Shown piece by piece: positions 18,266 through 28,346 of a stretch of DNA of 64,000 nt. The stretch comes from a virus (Duplodnaviria; Heunggongvirae; Uroviricota; Caudoviricetes): IMG/VR virus record IMGVR_UViG_3300017650_000009; one strand, 5' to 3'. The position numbers and the translations under genes were made by a program. How positions within the stretch are numbered: the stretch's first letter is position 1; each line of letters opens with the position of its first letter. The notes under the pieces are model-generated. The model worked only from the letters and a program-made list of their open reading frames with translations, did not search any database and was not told where the DNA came from.

Positions 18266-19322
18266 GTCTAATAACTTTTGATATTGCTTGCTTCTCATCA
18301 AATGTATCACCCTGAATCGTTGTCTTATTTCGGTTATTAATGAACGATTCCAATATACGATGCGCAGCCTGCCATTTCTTACGCCAATCAACTTCCTGCC
18401 TGCGCCAAACAGCCCCGTCTTTACGGAACAATACATTTGGATCATAATCCGTACGTAAGTACCAATCTCCATCCGTTGCATTGAGTGGGAAAGATGTTCC
18501 CTTGCCTATTGGTTCAGCGCCATTCGGTGGATTTCCATCGCCAGCAAAAATCCAAGGATATTGTTTTCCAAGTTCGTCACCCGGGACAACATAGAATTGT
18601 TGTGTCTCAAAGTTGCGACGATCTACATTACGCTCTGCTTCTTCGACAACCTTCTTGTTATTTTTCATCTTATTGTTGTAATCACTGATGATATCGGCGA
18701 TTGTTAGGTCACCATTTGGACCTGAGCCATTTCCATTACCATCACCCTCAATCGGATCACCATTAATATCTTCCGCTGGCTTACCTGTGATATCTTCGTA
18801 CTCCTCGGAGTTCTTCATCGGTGAAAGCTTAACACGGAACAAATGTGGGAACCATGTACTGGAAAACCCTTCAGCCGCACGAGTTACATCCTCAACCACA
18901 TAATATTTGTTGATTGCTGGTGCTTCTGGATCCAATAGCAAATCATCACGCAAATGTGGAATCTCGAAAACATCACCAGGTATGAATTTACGCCCCAAGC
19001 GACGAACAGAATCATTGATATGGAATGTCATCCAAACGATATCAGCTTGGATAATCTGACCGAACTGGATCAATGCAAATTCCATATCTTGCACGTTGTG
19101 AACACCAAGTAATTCATAAACATTTGGATCATACTTACGATTACGGTTTTCGCCAAATACTGGATCTTCGATCTCGGTAGGGTCACCATTGCCACCCTTA
19201 ATGCCTAAGTATTTGTGAACAAAAATACTTGTAGCAGCCATCTGAAATTGATCTAGGATCATCTCATCTATGTAAACGTAATCCTGATTTTTTCTAGGAT
19301 CCCATAAACTGAAATTGGCCAT
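18249..19322 (-). CDS. neck protein (T4 gp14-like)
   Basis: VHKYLG, EDPVFGENRNRKYD..VYEL, FHIND....GRK..PGD..E.PH; start reassigned to 19322 (GGAGG RBS). Confidence 0.75.
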   Translation of the reverse strand: MANFSLWDPRKNQDYVYIDEMILDQFQMAATSIFVHKYLGIKGGNGDPTEIEDPVFGENRNRKYDPNVYELLGVHNVQDMEFALIQFGQIIQADIVWMTFHINDSVRRLGRKFIPGDVFEIPHLRDDLLLDPEAPAINKYYVVEDVTRAAEGFSSTWFPHLFRVKLSPMKNSEEYEDITGKPAEDINGDPIEGDGNGNGSGPNGDLTIADIISDYNNKMKNNKKVVEEAERNVDRRNFETQQFYVVPGDELGKQYPWIFAGDGNPPNGAEPIGKGTSFPLNATDGDWYLRTDYDPNVLFRKDGAVWRRQEVDWRKKWQAAHRILESFINNRNKTTIQGDTFDEKQAISKVIRPRADF

Positions 19323-19345
19323 AATAACCCCTCCTATATATTTGA

Positions 19346-19361
19346 TATTTATGCGTAAATA
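19346..19361. promoter_or_regulatory. back-to-back late promoters for divergent gp14/gp13
   Basis: TATTTA-TGCG-TAAATA between the two start codons. Confidence 0.6.
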
Positions 19362-19388
19362 GTAGGTACTGTAATAGGGAGATAACAC

Positions 19389-20144
19389 ATGACTACTGCT
19401 ATCACGTCTAGGCAGAAACTAATAAATGAGGTTCGTGTCCTTCTGGGTGAAGGAATGGTCCGCATTGAATTGACACCACTGCATTATGAGACCGCTGTAG
19501 ATATGGCACTAGATCGTTATCGCCTACGAAGCTCTAATAGTACGGATGAGCGTTACTTGTTTGTTGAGTTACAACCTGATGAAAGCACATATGTCTTGCC
19601 AAAGGAAGTAACAATGATCAAGCAATTGTATCGACGTGGCACAACTGGTACCGCTAGTGGTACAGGTGTAAACTTTGATCCATTCGGTGCTGCATTCGTA
19701 AACCAAGTAAGTTTAGGATTAGGTTCTGGTTCTGGATCACTACTGACTTATGAGTTATTTGCAGGCTTCCAAGAAACAGTCGGTCGTATGTTTGGATTGT
19801 TCATCAATTACGATTATAATGCTGCTACTCACACACTCACCATTACACGTCACATCCGAGCAAAAGAATCTCTTCTTGCTCATGTCGAAGTATCTCGTTC
19901 CGAAGATGAACTCTATGCAGATCCCTATGCAAGACCTTGGATTCGTGATTTTACGAAAGCAACTTGCAAGATCATGCTAGGCGAAGCTCGTGGAAAATTT
20001 ACGAACTTTGTTGGTCCACAGGGCGGAACTTCTCTAAATGCTGATGCACTTAAAGCAGAAGGTCAAGCTGAGCTTGATCGTCTAGAGCACGAAGTGTCGA
20101 ATCAGTTCGATCAAAACATGGGTTGGGGCTTTATTATCGGATAA
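19389..20144 (+). CDS. neck/adaptor protein (T4 gp13-like)
   Basis: LINEVRVLLG...IELT..HYE.AVD.AL..Y; W.RDF..A.CK..LGEARGKF....GP.GG..LN...L..E. Confidence 0.8.
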   Translation: MTTAITSRQKLINEVRVLLGEGMVRIELTPLHYETAVDMALDRYRLRSSNSTDERYLFVELQPDESTYVLPKEVTMIKQLYRRGTTGTASGTGVNFDPFGAAFVNQVSLGLGSGSGSLLTYELFAGFQETVGRMFGLFINYDYNAATHTLTITRHIRAKESLLAHVEVSRSEDELYADPYARPWIRDFTKATCKIMLGEARGKFTNFVGPQGGTSLNADALKAEGQAELDRLEHEVSNQFDQNMGWGFIIG

Positions 20145-20298
20145 GACCTCACGCTTTGTTAACTCCAATAATACGAAATTATCCAACGTACTTGCGATTT
20201 TAACTCGTTTTTATTATATCTGTGACATGGCATCCGAAACTTTTTCGAAAGTCTTACGTTTATTGTGTGCAGTTTGATAAGCGAAAGGATGGTTTGTA

Positions 20299-20472
20299 AT
20301 GCGTGAGGCATATAACTATTATGTGAGTAAGGTCCTTGATGCAATGGTTGCTTCTGGTATACCACTCACTCGTGCAAAAGAACTCTGCCGTAAGAAGATT
20401 AACAAGCTTGAGCGTTGCTATTATAAGCTTGAATCTTTTGAAGTTGCAGCACAACGAATGACCAAACGTTGA
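20299..20472 (+). CDS. small hypothetical protein (absent from the track)
   Basis: hand translation MREAYNYYVSKVLDAMVASGIPLTRAKELCRKKINKLERCYYKLESFEVAAQRMTKR; AAAGGA RBS. Confidence 0.45.
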   Translation: MREAYNYYVSKVLDAMVASGIPLTRAKELCRKKINKLERCYYKLESFEVAAQRMTKR

Positions 20473-20521
20473 CAACTGCATAATACTCTGTTAGTTTACA
20501 AAAAACAAATGGAGCTTTGTA

Positions 20522-21019
20522 GTGGATCAAGAAGTAAATTTCAAAACATTCATGTCTGAGAAACATCGGGTGTATCGCTTGCTCCGTGCTGGAACCAATA
20601 TGGTTCAACATTACAAGACGCTTGCAAAGGAACTTGCGGGTTACCGAGGTGGTATTGTTTTGCCTGAACAGCTCTTGGCTCTGCAGGGCGGAACTGTGTA
20701 TGTTGTTACTACTTCATCCCAAACGAAAAACTCGGTTGCAGTGGGGTTGACCTCATATGAAAAAAGTAACCTACTTTGCAAAGGTATTCGCTTGACGCGA
20801 ATAGAAGAGATTATCGACGCTGAACAGAATTTTGATGGCCGCGCGGGTGATTGTTTTCACGTGGAAATCAAAGACAAGAGCACAATATCATTTACGTGTT
20901 CCACGTCTGATCATTCTTCTCCATACAGTCAATCAACATTGGAAAACAAAGAACGTTATTGGTTTACCAATCGTCGTGACGCCACCAATTTTGCAAAATC
21001 TCGTCTTGTGATAGGTTGA
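20522..21019 (+). CDS. hypothetical protein
   Basis: 165-aa ORF, GTG start with GGAG RBS and upstream TTGACA. Confidence 0.65.
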   Translation: MDQEVNFKTFMSEKHRVYRLLRAGTNMVQHYKTLAKELAGYRGGIVLPEQLLALQGGTVYVVTTSSQTKNSVAVGLTSYEKSNLLCKGIRLTRIEEIIDAEQNFDGRAGDCFHVEIKDKSTISFTCSTSDHSSPYSQSTLENKERYWFTNRRDATNFAKSRLVIG

Positions 21020-21043
21020 CATAATCCTAAATTCAACTATAAC
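21016..21043 (+). promoter_or_regulatory. sigma70-type promoter
   Basis: TTGACA-N16-TATAAC upstream of 21068. Confidence 0.6.
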
Positions 21044-21067
21044 CGTTATAGTTGAAAAGGAGATATC

Positions 21068-21493
21068 ATGCCTAATTATCTTTACCTTCTAGTCCGAACG
21101 GATATGGAATCTATGGGTCGGGGCAAGGGAACGGCACAAGCCGCACATGCTGCGAATCAGTTCACATGGGATCATGTGATCAATAGTTCAATTGAAGGAA
21201 AATCAATTGATCCGGCGGTTCTCGACTGGTGCCGCGAAGCTCGTGGTTTTGGAACCACAATCGCACTAGATGCTCCCAATCTCCAAGTGATGGCCGAAGC
21301 AGTCGAACTTGCGAAAGCTTTGGGCTTTGCTGCTGAACTCGTTGCTGATCCTGAATATCCACTTGTAGATGGTAATGCATTCCATATTATTCCGAATGTG
21401 ACGACCACCGCTTATGTCTTTGGTGACAAGGACAAGCTCAAGATCATTCTTCAGGATTTCAAACTCCTGGATAACGATCCAGTTAAGAGATAA
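21068..21493 (+). CDS. peptidyl-tRNA hydrolase 2 (Pth2)-like protein
   Basis: YLLVRTDM..M..GK..AQAAHAA, W......T.AL, LVADP, TTA..FG. Confidence 0.7.
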   Translation: MPNYLYLLVRTDMESMGRGKGTAQAAHAANQFTWDHVINSSIEGKSIDPAVLDWCREARGFGTTIALDAPNLQVMAEAVELAKALGFAAELVADPEYPLVDGNAFHIIPNVTTTAYVFGDKDKLKIILQDFKLLDNDPVKR

Positions 21494-22060
21494 GTGATGA
21501 ACAAGTTCGCCGATTTCAAAAGCCTCAAATATCAGATTTTCGATTTGCCGGGCTTTGGACTCGGCGTCGCACTTTCTGGTGTCGATGAATATGGTACGAC
21601 AATTCAAGTGGAGGCACTTGAAGCGGGTCCACGTTGGGGGTATATGGATCACTTGACGATCTTAAAGCCTCGTGATACAATCACTTGGGAACTATTGGTA
21701 CCCAAGGCACAAGCACATGTGAGTCTAAGGGCTGCTGGATTCCAAGAGGTCACGGATTTGTTCAGTGGTTATTTGCCCTCTGATCTTGAATTTGGCTTCA
21801 GCTACGACGAAGATGAAGAAGACGAAGAAGGATGCACGGTTGACGTGTTTTTCGCTTCACGTAAGAACTTACGTAATTTGGCTTGTGGTAAAGTGGGTGA
21901 CGATAACATCAGAGAAGGTTCGTTCGTTGAATTTCCCGATAACATTGTCGGGGACAACAGCATGGAAAATATGTTCGAGCTGAAAGACGGATGGAATGTT
22001 GAAATTACCAAAGCGGCACTTGAACGCTTGGGTTATACTTACAACCCACGTCTAATATGA
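21494..22060 (+). CDS. hypothetical acidic protein
   Basis: 188-aa ORF within the operon. Confidence 0.7.
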   Translation: MMNKFADFKSLKYQIFDLPGFGLGVALSGVDEYGTTIQVEALEAGPRWGYMDHLTILKPRDTITWELLVPKAQAHVSLRAAGFQEVTDLFSGYLPSDLEFGFSYDEDEEDEEGCTVDVFFASRKNLRNLACGKVGDDNIREGSFVEFPDNIVGDNSMENMFELKDGWNVEITKAALERLGYTYNPRLI

Positions 22061-22341
22061 GGAACAAACGAATGGTTGGGATTTATCGATTTTATGCAGA
22101 CTTTGGACGCAGTGGAACACTTGAAGGAATCTTTCTTTCAACAGCTGAAGACGTACAAGACGCAATAGGCAAGCATGTTTATTTCGGAGAAGTGCTGGGC
22201 AAATTCAGTGATATCGGCGGTACTCTTACCGAGGACGACATCACGCTGGTCACGGATGAGGCCGATGCGGTTGCTGTTTTTGCAAAGTATGATTTGAGTT
22301 CAGGATATAATCCACTCTCGTATATTAATTCCGAAGAATAA
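22057..22341 (+). CDS. conserved phage hypothetical protein
   Basis: YRFYADFGRSGTLEGIF...IGKHVYFGEVLGK; ATGA overlap. Confidence 0.7.
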   Translation: MRNKRMVGIYRFYADFGRSGTLEGIFLSTAEDVQDAIGKHVYFGEVLGKFSDIGGTLTEDDITLVTDEADAVAVFAKYDLSSGYNPLSYINSEE

Positions 22342-22345
22342 CGTA

Positions 22346-22387
22346 GAAACAGAAATAGGAAATCTTTTTCCTATTTCTGTTTTTTCT
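22346..22387. terminator. long hairpin, probable bidirectional terminator
   Basis: AAACAGAAATAGGAA-atctt-TTCCTATTTCTGTTT followed by a T run. Confidence 0.65.
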
Positions 22388-22464
22388 GCTTGACTAGAAT
22401 CCCACTTGTGTTAAGTTAAGAGCATGGAAGCAAGCACAAGTTTGCACAAATAGGAGATCGAAAA

Positions 22465-22797
22465 ATGTCAGCAGTAACGGTTCAGATTAACTCGGAATGC
22501 ACCGCAGAAATCGTTCGTAATAAGTCGATTCGACTTTATGGTACTCGTTGGGCCAATACAAGCAATTCATGTGCTTTCGATCGTACATTCAACGTGGGTG
22601 ACCAGGCTGAATATGATTCCTACAATTTGTCCTACTACGGTGAAATTGTAAGCATTACGGAAAAATCCGTAACGATTCGCGAGAAGTACAGCGACCGTAA
22701 GCGCCGCTTGAAGCTTGATATTTTCTTCTGGCGCAATTACAATTTCAATCTTGCTGAAACGCAGGAAAAGAATGCAGAAACTTCCTATTACATTTGA
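22465..22797 (+). CDS. conserved phage hypothetical protein
   Basis: FNVGDQAEYDSYNLSYYGEI; GGAG RBS; upstream TTGACT promoter. Confidence 0.75.
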   Translation: MSAVTVQINSECTAEIVRNKSIRLYGTRWANTSNSCAFDRTFNVGDQAEYDSYNLSYYGEIVSITEKSVTIREKYSDRKRRLKLDIFFWRNYNFNLAETQEKNAETSYYI

Positions 22798-22815
22798 TAA
22801 TTGACTCCCAAGCAA

Positions 22816-22848
22816 AGACCATGTTCTAACGGACATGGTCTTTTTCTT
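22816..22848 (+). terminator. intrinsic terminator
   Basis: AGACCATGT-loop-ACATGGTCT then TTTT. Confidence 0.65.
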
Positions 22849-22860
22849 TTGGGGTTTATT

Positions 22861-23310
22861 ATGGATGAAAGTGATTTCCTAACGTATTGGCGTTTATTCA
22901 AACAATGTTTGATTCACAAGCGGTTGCAAGTCACCGATCCCACTGAATCATATTTGAGTAATATCGAATTTTTCGAATCGTGTTTTGAGAACAATTTGAT
23001 TCCTGAACTCACTCAAGAACATGTAAAACCGATCCTCATTGGATTTCTTTATGAAATGGGTTTTGCATTTCGGTATATTAGACATCGATCTGTAAAACAA
23101 TCGTATAACGGCATAGCGGCAGTAAATGGCGATCCAAGCGACCCAGTTTCAAAAATGTATTTTGCTTTTGATTATTGGGAACTAACGGAGAAAGGTCGTG
23201 ATCTGATCGGCCGTCCAGATTCTGAAGACCACATCAACAAAATGATAACCAATTATTCAAAAATCAGGAAAACCTTAGGAAAGCCGATAGGCTCTCGGCC
23301 TCCTTTTTAA
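22861..23310 (+). CDS. hypothetical protein
   Basis: ATG at 22861 preferred because the longer track start crosses a terminator. Confidence 0.6.
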   Translation: MDESDFLTYWRLFKQCLIHKRLQVTDPTESYLSNIEFFESCFENNLIPELTQEHVKPILIGFLYEMGFAFRYIRHRSVKQSYNGIAAVNGDPSDPVSKMYFAFDYWELTEKGRDLIGRPDSEDHINKMITNYSKIRKTLGKPIGSRPPF

Positions 23311-23376
23311 TCCTGAATAATGACTTTCCTTGTGAATTGTTTTATTATGTGACAATTCATAATAAGGAATAATTTA

Positions 23377-24042
23377 ATGACGGACATTATTGGTATTGTT
23401 GGCTTTTTAGGCAGCGGTAAGAATACTGCTGGTAAGTTTCTCATAAACGATTACGGATATAAACCGGATTCGTTTGCATCGCCACTTAAGGATTGTGCAA
23501 GCGTAGTATTCAATTGGGATCGTGATCTTCTTGAGGGTGAAACTGATGAATCTCGCGTATGGCGAGACCAGCCAGATGAATGGTGGTCCAAGCGTTTGGA
23601 CTGGGATAATCATCCTCTTAATTATTTGAATAAGCCATTTACTCCTCGTCTTGCACTTCAGCTTTGGGGCACTGATCTGTTCCGCAAAAGCTTTTTCAAT
23701 GATATTTGGATTGCTTCTCTTGAGCATCGTCTTCATACGCAAGAGGGTAAGACTGTTGTAACGGATTGCCGTTTTCCAAATGAAATTAGTACGATTCGTA
23801 AAATGGGTGGTAAGGTTATTCGAGTAAAGCGTGGTCCTGAACCAGATTGGTGGGATATTGCACTGGCTGCCAATTCCGAAACATTTCTTCATGCTCCCGA
23901 AGCAGCTAAGGAACTAGATAAGCTTGGCGTTCATATTAGTGAATGGGCTTGGGTCGGACAGGAATTTGATGCAACCCTGACCAATGACGGAACTCTTTCG
24001 GAGCTAGAGGAAAAGGTTAAATGCTTTTTGATGAGTCTTTAA
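23377..24042 (+). CDS. deoxynucleoside monophosphate kinase (T4 gp1-like)
   Basis: GIVGFLGSGKNT, SFASPLKD, TPRLALQLWGTD, VTDCRFPNE. Confidence 0.9.
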   Translation: MTDIIGIVGFLGSGKNTAGKFLINDYGYKPDSFASPLKDCASVVFNWDRDLLEGETDESRVWRDQPDEWWSKRLDWDNHPLNYLNKPFTPRLALQLWGTDLFRKSFFNDIWIASLEHRLHTQEGKTVVTDCRFPNEISTIRKMGGKVIRVKRGPEPDWWDIALAANSETFLHAPEAAKELDKLGVHISEWAWVGQEFDATLTNDGTLSELEEKVKCFLMSL

Positions 24043-24899
24043 GCACGATTCTTAATGAACAAACTAATTTGTGTTTGAGTGGCGGTGCTGATGGTGCAGA
24101 CTTGCAATGGGGCATGAATGCAGGTCTTGCCGGTCACAAAGTAATTCATTGGAGCTTCAATGATCATCGTACAAGCGCGCCCACAGCCGAACTAGTACGC
24201 TTATCCGATGAACAACTCAAGCAAGCGGATGATGCGTTAAAACGTGCCAATAAACTTGTGAAACGAAATTGGCCTTCTAACAGCGTATTTACGAATAACT
24301 TGCTTCGACGCAATTGGTACCAAGTTAAGGATTCTCAATCAGTATATGCGGTGTCCGATGTCAAGGGACAAGAGATTTCAGGCGGTACAGCTTGGGCAGT
24401 TCAAATGTATTTGGACCGCTTTATCTATGGTGAAGAAGACATGGATAAATGTCAAGCATATGTGTTGGATAAGCAAACAGGTGTATGGTATTCTTTTCGT
24501 GAATCCAAGTGGATGTGTATGAATAGTCGCCCACCTGTACCTACTGGCGTTTGGGCAGGCATTGGTTCGCGTGAAATCAGTTTGTTAAATCGTATTGAAA
24601 TTCGCAAACTAATGGGTACCCACACTAGATCAATGATAAATCATTTACACCCCATTATAAGTGAACCCAAAGTAAATGATATCATTTATATTCCAAATCA
24701 GAAATTTGATAATGGTTCTGAGAATACAGCGGGTGGATGGGCTACAATCCGACGAATTACTGAGGATGGTAAAAACAAATGGATTAGTGTGTCTGAGATA
24801 TACATGCACAATGAATTCAAATGGTCTGATCTAGTTGACTTACAAATAGAACTAAGAGAACAATTCAAAAACGTTCGGGCGTGTCCAAAACCCGAATAG
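24021..24899 (+). CDS. putative SLOG (Smf/DprA/LOG-like) nucleotide-binding protein
   Basis: CLSGGADGAD, LLRRN, V.A, SGGTAWAV motifs. Confidence 0.5.
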   Translation: MLFDESLSTILNEQTNLCLSGGADGADLQWGMNAGLAGHKVIHWSFNDHRTSAPTAELVRLSDEQLKQADDALKRANKLVKRNWPSNSVFTNNLLRRNWYQVKDSQSVYAVSDVKGQEISGGTAWAVQMYLDRFIYGEEDMDKCQAYVLDKQTGVWYSFRESKWMCMNSRPPVPTGVWAGIGSREISLLNRIEIRKLMGTHTRSMINHLHPIISEPKVNDIIYIPNQKFDNGSENTAGGWATIRRITEDGKNKWISVSEIYMHNEFKWSDLVDLQIELREQFKNVRACPKPE

Positions 24900-24930
24900 C
24901 TCAAAACAAGTCATATCGCTACCCTTCGGA

Positions 24931-24936
24931 TAAATA
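24931..24936 (+). promoter_or_regulatory. late promoter core TAAATA (sheath)
   Basis: upstream of 24994. Confidence 0.55.
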
Positions 24937-24993
24937 AGAGAACTGGGGCATCTACTTGGCCCCACTCAATTCGTTCGTAAAGGGGTTGAATAA

Positions 24994-27900
24994 ATGGCTT
25001 ATCCGCTAAATTCTCCAGGCGTTGACGTTAGTGTTACTGACGCCAGCTTCTATGCTACAGCAGGCGAAGGCACTGTTCCTCTGATTATCATTGGTACACA
25101 TGAGTACAAGACTCATCCAAATGGTACAGATATTGCAGTAGGTACGCTTCCTGAAAACGCCAACAAACTATACCTGATCACAAGTCAGCGTGAGTTGGCC
25201 CAGACATTCGGTAACCCGGTTTTCTATCAGAAGGGCGGCACTTCCCGTCATGGCTACGAGCTTAACGAATTTGGTCTACATGCGGCATATTCCTACTTGG
25301 GTATTGCTTCTAAGGCTTTCGTTATTCGTGGCAATATCGATTATTCCCAGCTTTTCCCACGTACAAGTGCACCATTGGGTGAACCTCTACCTGGTACATA
25401 TTGGCTCGATACAAAGAGCTCCGTATGGGGTGTTCATGAAGGTGTAAACAGCACAAGCCCAGCAAGCGCTTGGAAGCCACAGACTCCAATCGTGATCGAC
25501 GAAGATGGTGAAGTTGAACATCGTGTTTTGGGTTCCAAGGAATTCGACGCTGCAACTGACCAGGTAATCACAACTGCTGGTAATCTTGTTTTGAACGGTA
25601 CAACCGTTGCACTTACTGGTGGTGATACACTTCAGACAATCGCATCAAAAATCAACGCCGCTGCAATCACTGGCATAACAGCCAATGCATTCCAGCTCGG
25701 CGGTAAGGCTCGTTTGGTACTTCGCAATTCTGCTACCAACGGTAAGGTTGAAATTGGTCAGAACAGCACAGCATCGGTTCTAGCAGCTTTGGGTCTAGAT
25801 GGCACTGAAGATGCAAGTTATGGTCCTCGTAGTTCAATCGGCTTAGATGGTACATTTGCTATCGTTCTTACCGATAATAATGAAAACGAACTATACCAGA
25901 AGATCCGTGCTGGTGGCATCGAGTTCTCAAATGATCCTCTAGCGATCAGCTATTGGTACAAAGTTGGTTCCGACTTGTGGAAGCAGGCAAGCCCAACTCG
26001 CATCAATGGTGCTAACTTGGGTACAGGTCCAGTTCCGGCACTTGATGGTCTAACTTTGGTTCTTAATGTTACCAATGATGTTGCAAGTGAAGTTTCTGTA
26101 ACATTCTCCGCTGGTGTGACTGTTGATACCGCTGTTGATGAAATTAATGCTGGTCTTCTAGCTGTTGTTGGTGACCCTGCAAAGGATATCACTGGTTCTA
26201 GCTTGGTTGCTGTTTCTCAGAATGGTTCAGTTGTTATTGTCAACAAGACAGGCGGAGACATCCGTTTGGTCAGCGACAGCGCGGCTGCAATTGCTTTGGG
26301 TCTTGAAACTAAATTCGGCGTAATGCTCCGTTACTCCCCACACTACACGATTCCTTCTCGCGTCGATGATCTCGGCCGTAAGCGTGTAAGTGCAGGTGAT
26401 GTTTGGATCAACACCACACAGTTCAACAACGGTGCAAGCTGGGTTGTTAAGTTCTTTAACGGTAACACTGGTCTTTGGAACACTGTTGCGGCTCCGTTGC
26501 TTGCCGATGATATCGCAGCTAATGCGCTATTCGGTGCAAACAAGGCAGTTGGTGTTGTTTATGTTCGTTTCAACACTGAAGGCACACTAGACGCTCCTAT
26601 TGCATCTCATCAGCTACGTCGTTGGAACGGTGCAGTTTGGGAAGCTCTTGTTTATAACTATGGCCCGGTTGCTCCAACAACTGATCCGGAAGAAGGAACC
26701 CTATGGTTCAATGAAAACTTCCGTGTTGACATCATGATCAACGATGGCGATCAGTGGGTTGGTTATCGCAACTATCCAGGAAACATTAATACTAGCCCGA
26801 ACGGCGTTATCCTAGCTGGATCCACTCCAATTGCCCAGCAGAACGGTCAACCTTTGGCTCAGAACGACTTGTGGATCAACACAAGCGATCTTGAGAACTA
26901 TCCAAAGATGTATCGTTATCAGGAACTAACCCGTAGCTGGCAGGCAATCGATAATACAGACCAGACTACTCCGTTTGGTATCGTATTTGCTGATGCTCGT
27001 GCAACTGCTGATGGTCGTCGTAATGGTTCTACTAGTGTAAGTAGCATGTTGGTTTCCAACTTTGTTGATCCTGACGCCCCAGATCCACGAGTCTATCCTG
27101 AAGGTACATTGCTTTTCAACACTCGTTATGCAACTGGTAACGTTAAGGAATGGCGTCCTCAGTATTTCGCTGGTGAATTCGGTGGTACAAACTTCACAAC
27201 TGAAGAGTACAATGTTGGTTACTCCACATTCCCTGCTCTAGTTGATGCAGGTCGTTGGGTCACTGTAAGTGGTAATCAGCCAAACGGCGCTCCGTATATG
27301 GGTCGTAAGGCTCAGCGTGCTATGGTCGTTCGTGCACTTGCTGCAACAATCAATAGCAACGATGATATCCGTGCAGAATCCGTATTCTTTAATCTTATTG
27401 CAGCTCCAGGTTACGTTGAACTTATCGACGAAATGGTTAGCTTGAATACAGATAAGAAGGAAACAGCGTTCGTTATTGGTGACACTCCAATTCGTTTGCA
27501 GCCAAATGCAACATCGTTGCTTACTTGGGCTAAGGAAGAATTGTCCGGTGCAACAACCAATAGTGAAGAAGGCATCTCTACATTTAACCCTTACGTGGGT
27601 CTCTACTACCCATGGGGCTTGGGTTCCAACGTCGATGGTTTCGACGTTATGATTCCACCAAGCACAATGGCACTTCGTACAATTGCTTATTCCGATAGTG
27701 TAAGTTATCCTTGGTTTGCTCCAGCTGGTACAAATCGTGGTCTTGTAACAAACGCAACAAACGTTGGTTACTTGAGTTCAGAAGGTGAATTCCGTTCGGT
27801 TCTTCTAAATGAAGGCCAGCGTGATGTACTTTATACGAACAAGATCAACCCAATTGTTTACTTGCCAAATCGCGGTCTAGTTGTGTATGGTCAGAAGACT

Positions 27901-28266
27901 CGTCACAATGCAGACTCCGCACTTGACAGAATCAATGTTGCGCGTTTGATCAACCACATGCGTTATAACTTGGATATTGTTTCTCGTCCATTCTTGTTCG
28001 AGCCACATAGCTTCCATACACGCGATTCCATCCGTGTAGCATTTGAACGTTACTTGGGCTCCCTAGTAAACTTGAATGCATTGTATGACTTCATCGTAGT
28101 TTGCGATGGAACAAACAATACACCGGATCGTATTGATCGTAATGAGTTGTGGGTAGACGTTGCGATTCAGCCAGTTAAGGCTATTGAGTTCATCTACATT
28201 CCAATTCGTATTGTAAACACTGGCGATAATCTCGCCGAGCTATACAATACAAGCACAACACTTTAA
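24994..28266 (+). CDS. contractile tail sheath protein (T4 gp18-like, with large insertions)
   Basis: N-term SPGVDVSVTD.SFY; C-term LY.NKINPI....G.VVYGQKT......LDRINVARL..., NNT..RIDRNELWVDVAIQPVKAIEFIYI. Confidence 0.95.
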   Translation: MAYPLNSPGVDVSVTDASFYATAGEGTVPLIIIGTHEYKTHPNGTDIAVGTLPENANKLYLITSQRELAQTFGNPVFYQKGGTSRHGYELNEFGLHAAYSYLGIASKAFVIRGNIDYSQLFPRTSAPLGEPLPGTYWLDTKSSVWGVHEGVNSTSPASAWKPQTPIVIDEDGEVEHRVLGSKEFDAATDQVITTAGNLVLNGTTVALTGGDTLQTIASKINAAAITGITANAFQLGGKARLVLRNSATNGKVEIGQNSTASVLAALGLDGTEDASYGPRSSIGLDGTFAIVLTDNNENELYQKIRAGGIEFSNDPLAISYWYKVGSDLWKQASPTRINGANLGTGPVPALDGLTLVLNVTNDVASEVSVTFSAGVTVDTAVDEINAGLLAVVGDPAKDITGSSLVAVSQNGSVVIVNKTGGDIRLVSDSAAAIALGLETKFGVMLRYSPHYTIPSRVDDLGRKRVSAGDVWINTTQFNNGASWVVKFFNGNTGLWNTVAAPLLADDIAANALFGANKAVGVVYVRFNTEGTLDAPIASHQLRRWNGAVWEALVYNYGPVAPTTDPEEGTLWFNENFRVDIMINDGDQWVGYRNYPGNINTSPNGVILAGSTPIAQQNGQPLAQNDLWINTSDLENYPKMYRYQELTRSWQAIDNTDQTTPFGIVFADARATADGRRNGSTSVSSMLVSNFVDPDAPDPRVYPEGTLLFNTRYATGNVKEWRPQYFAGEFGGTNFTTEEYNVGYSTFPALVDAGRWVTVSGNQPNGAPYMGRKAQRAMVVRALAATINSNDDIRAESVFFNLIAAPGYVELIDEMVSLNTDKKETAFVIGDTPIRLQPNATSLLTWAKEELSGATTNSEEGISTFNPYVGLYYPWGLGSNVDGFDVMIPPSTMALRTIAYSDSVSYPWFAPAGTNRGLVTNATNVGYLSSEGEFRSVLLNEGQRDVLYTNKINPIVYLPNRGLVVYGQKTRHNADSALDRINVARLINHMRYNLDIVSRPFLFEPHSFHTRDSIRVAFERYLGSLVNLNALYDFIVVCDGTNNTPDRIDRNELWVDVAIQPVKAIEFIYIPIRIVNTGDNLAELYNTSTTL

Positions 28267-28271
28267 TCAAA

Positions 28272-28298
28272 GGAGCCCGGATTCGTCCGGGCTTTTTT
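28272..28298 (+). terminator. intrinsic terminator after the sheath gene
   Basis: AGCCCGGA-TTCG-TCCGGGCT-TTTTT. Confidence 0.85.
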
Positions 28299-28311
28299 GT
28301 GACTTTTTATC

Positions 28312-28340
28312 TTGCAAAACAAAAATGTCGCTGTTATAAA
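28312..28340 (+). promoter_or_regulatory. sigma70-type promoter for the candidate ncRNA
   Basis: TTGCAA-N17-TATAAA. Confidence 0.65.
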
Positions 28341-28346
28341 GAGGAT

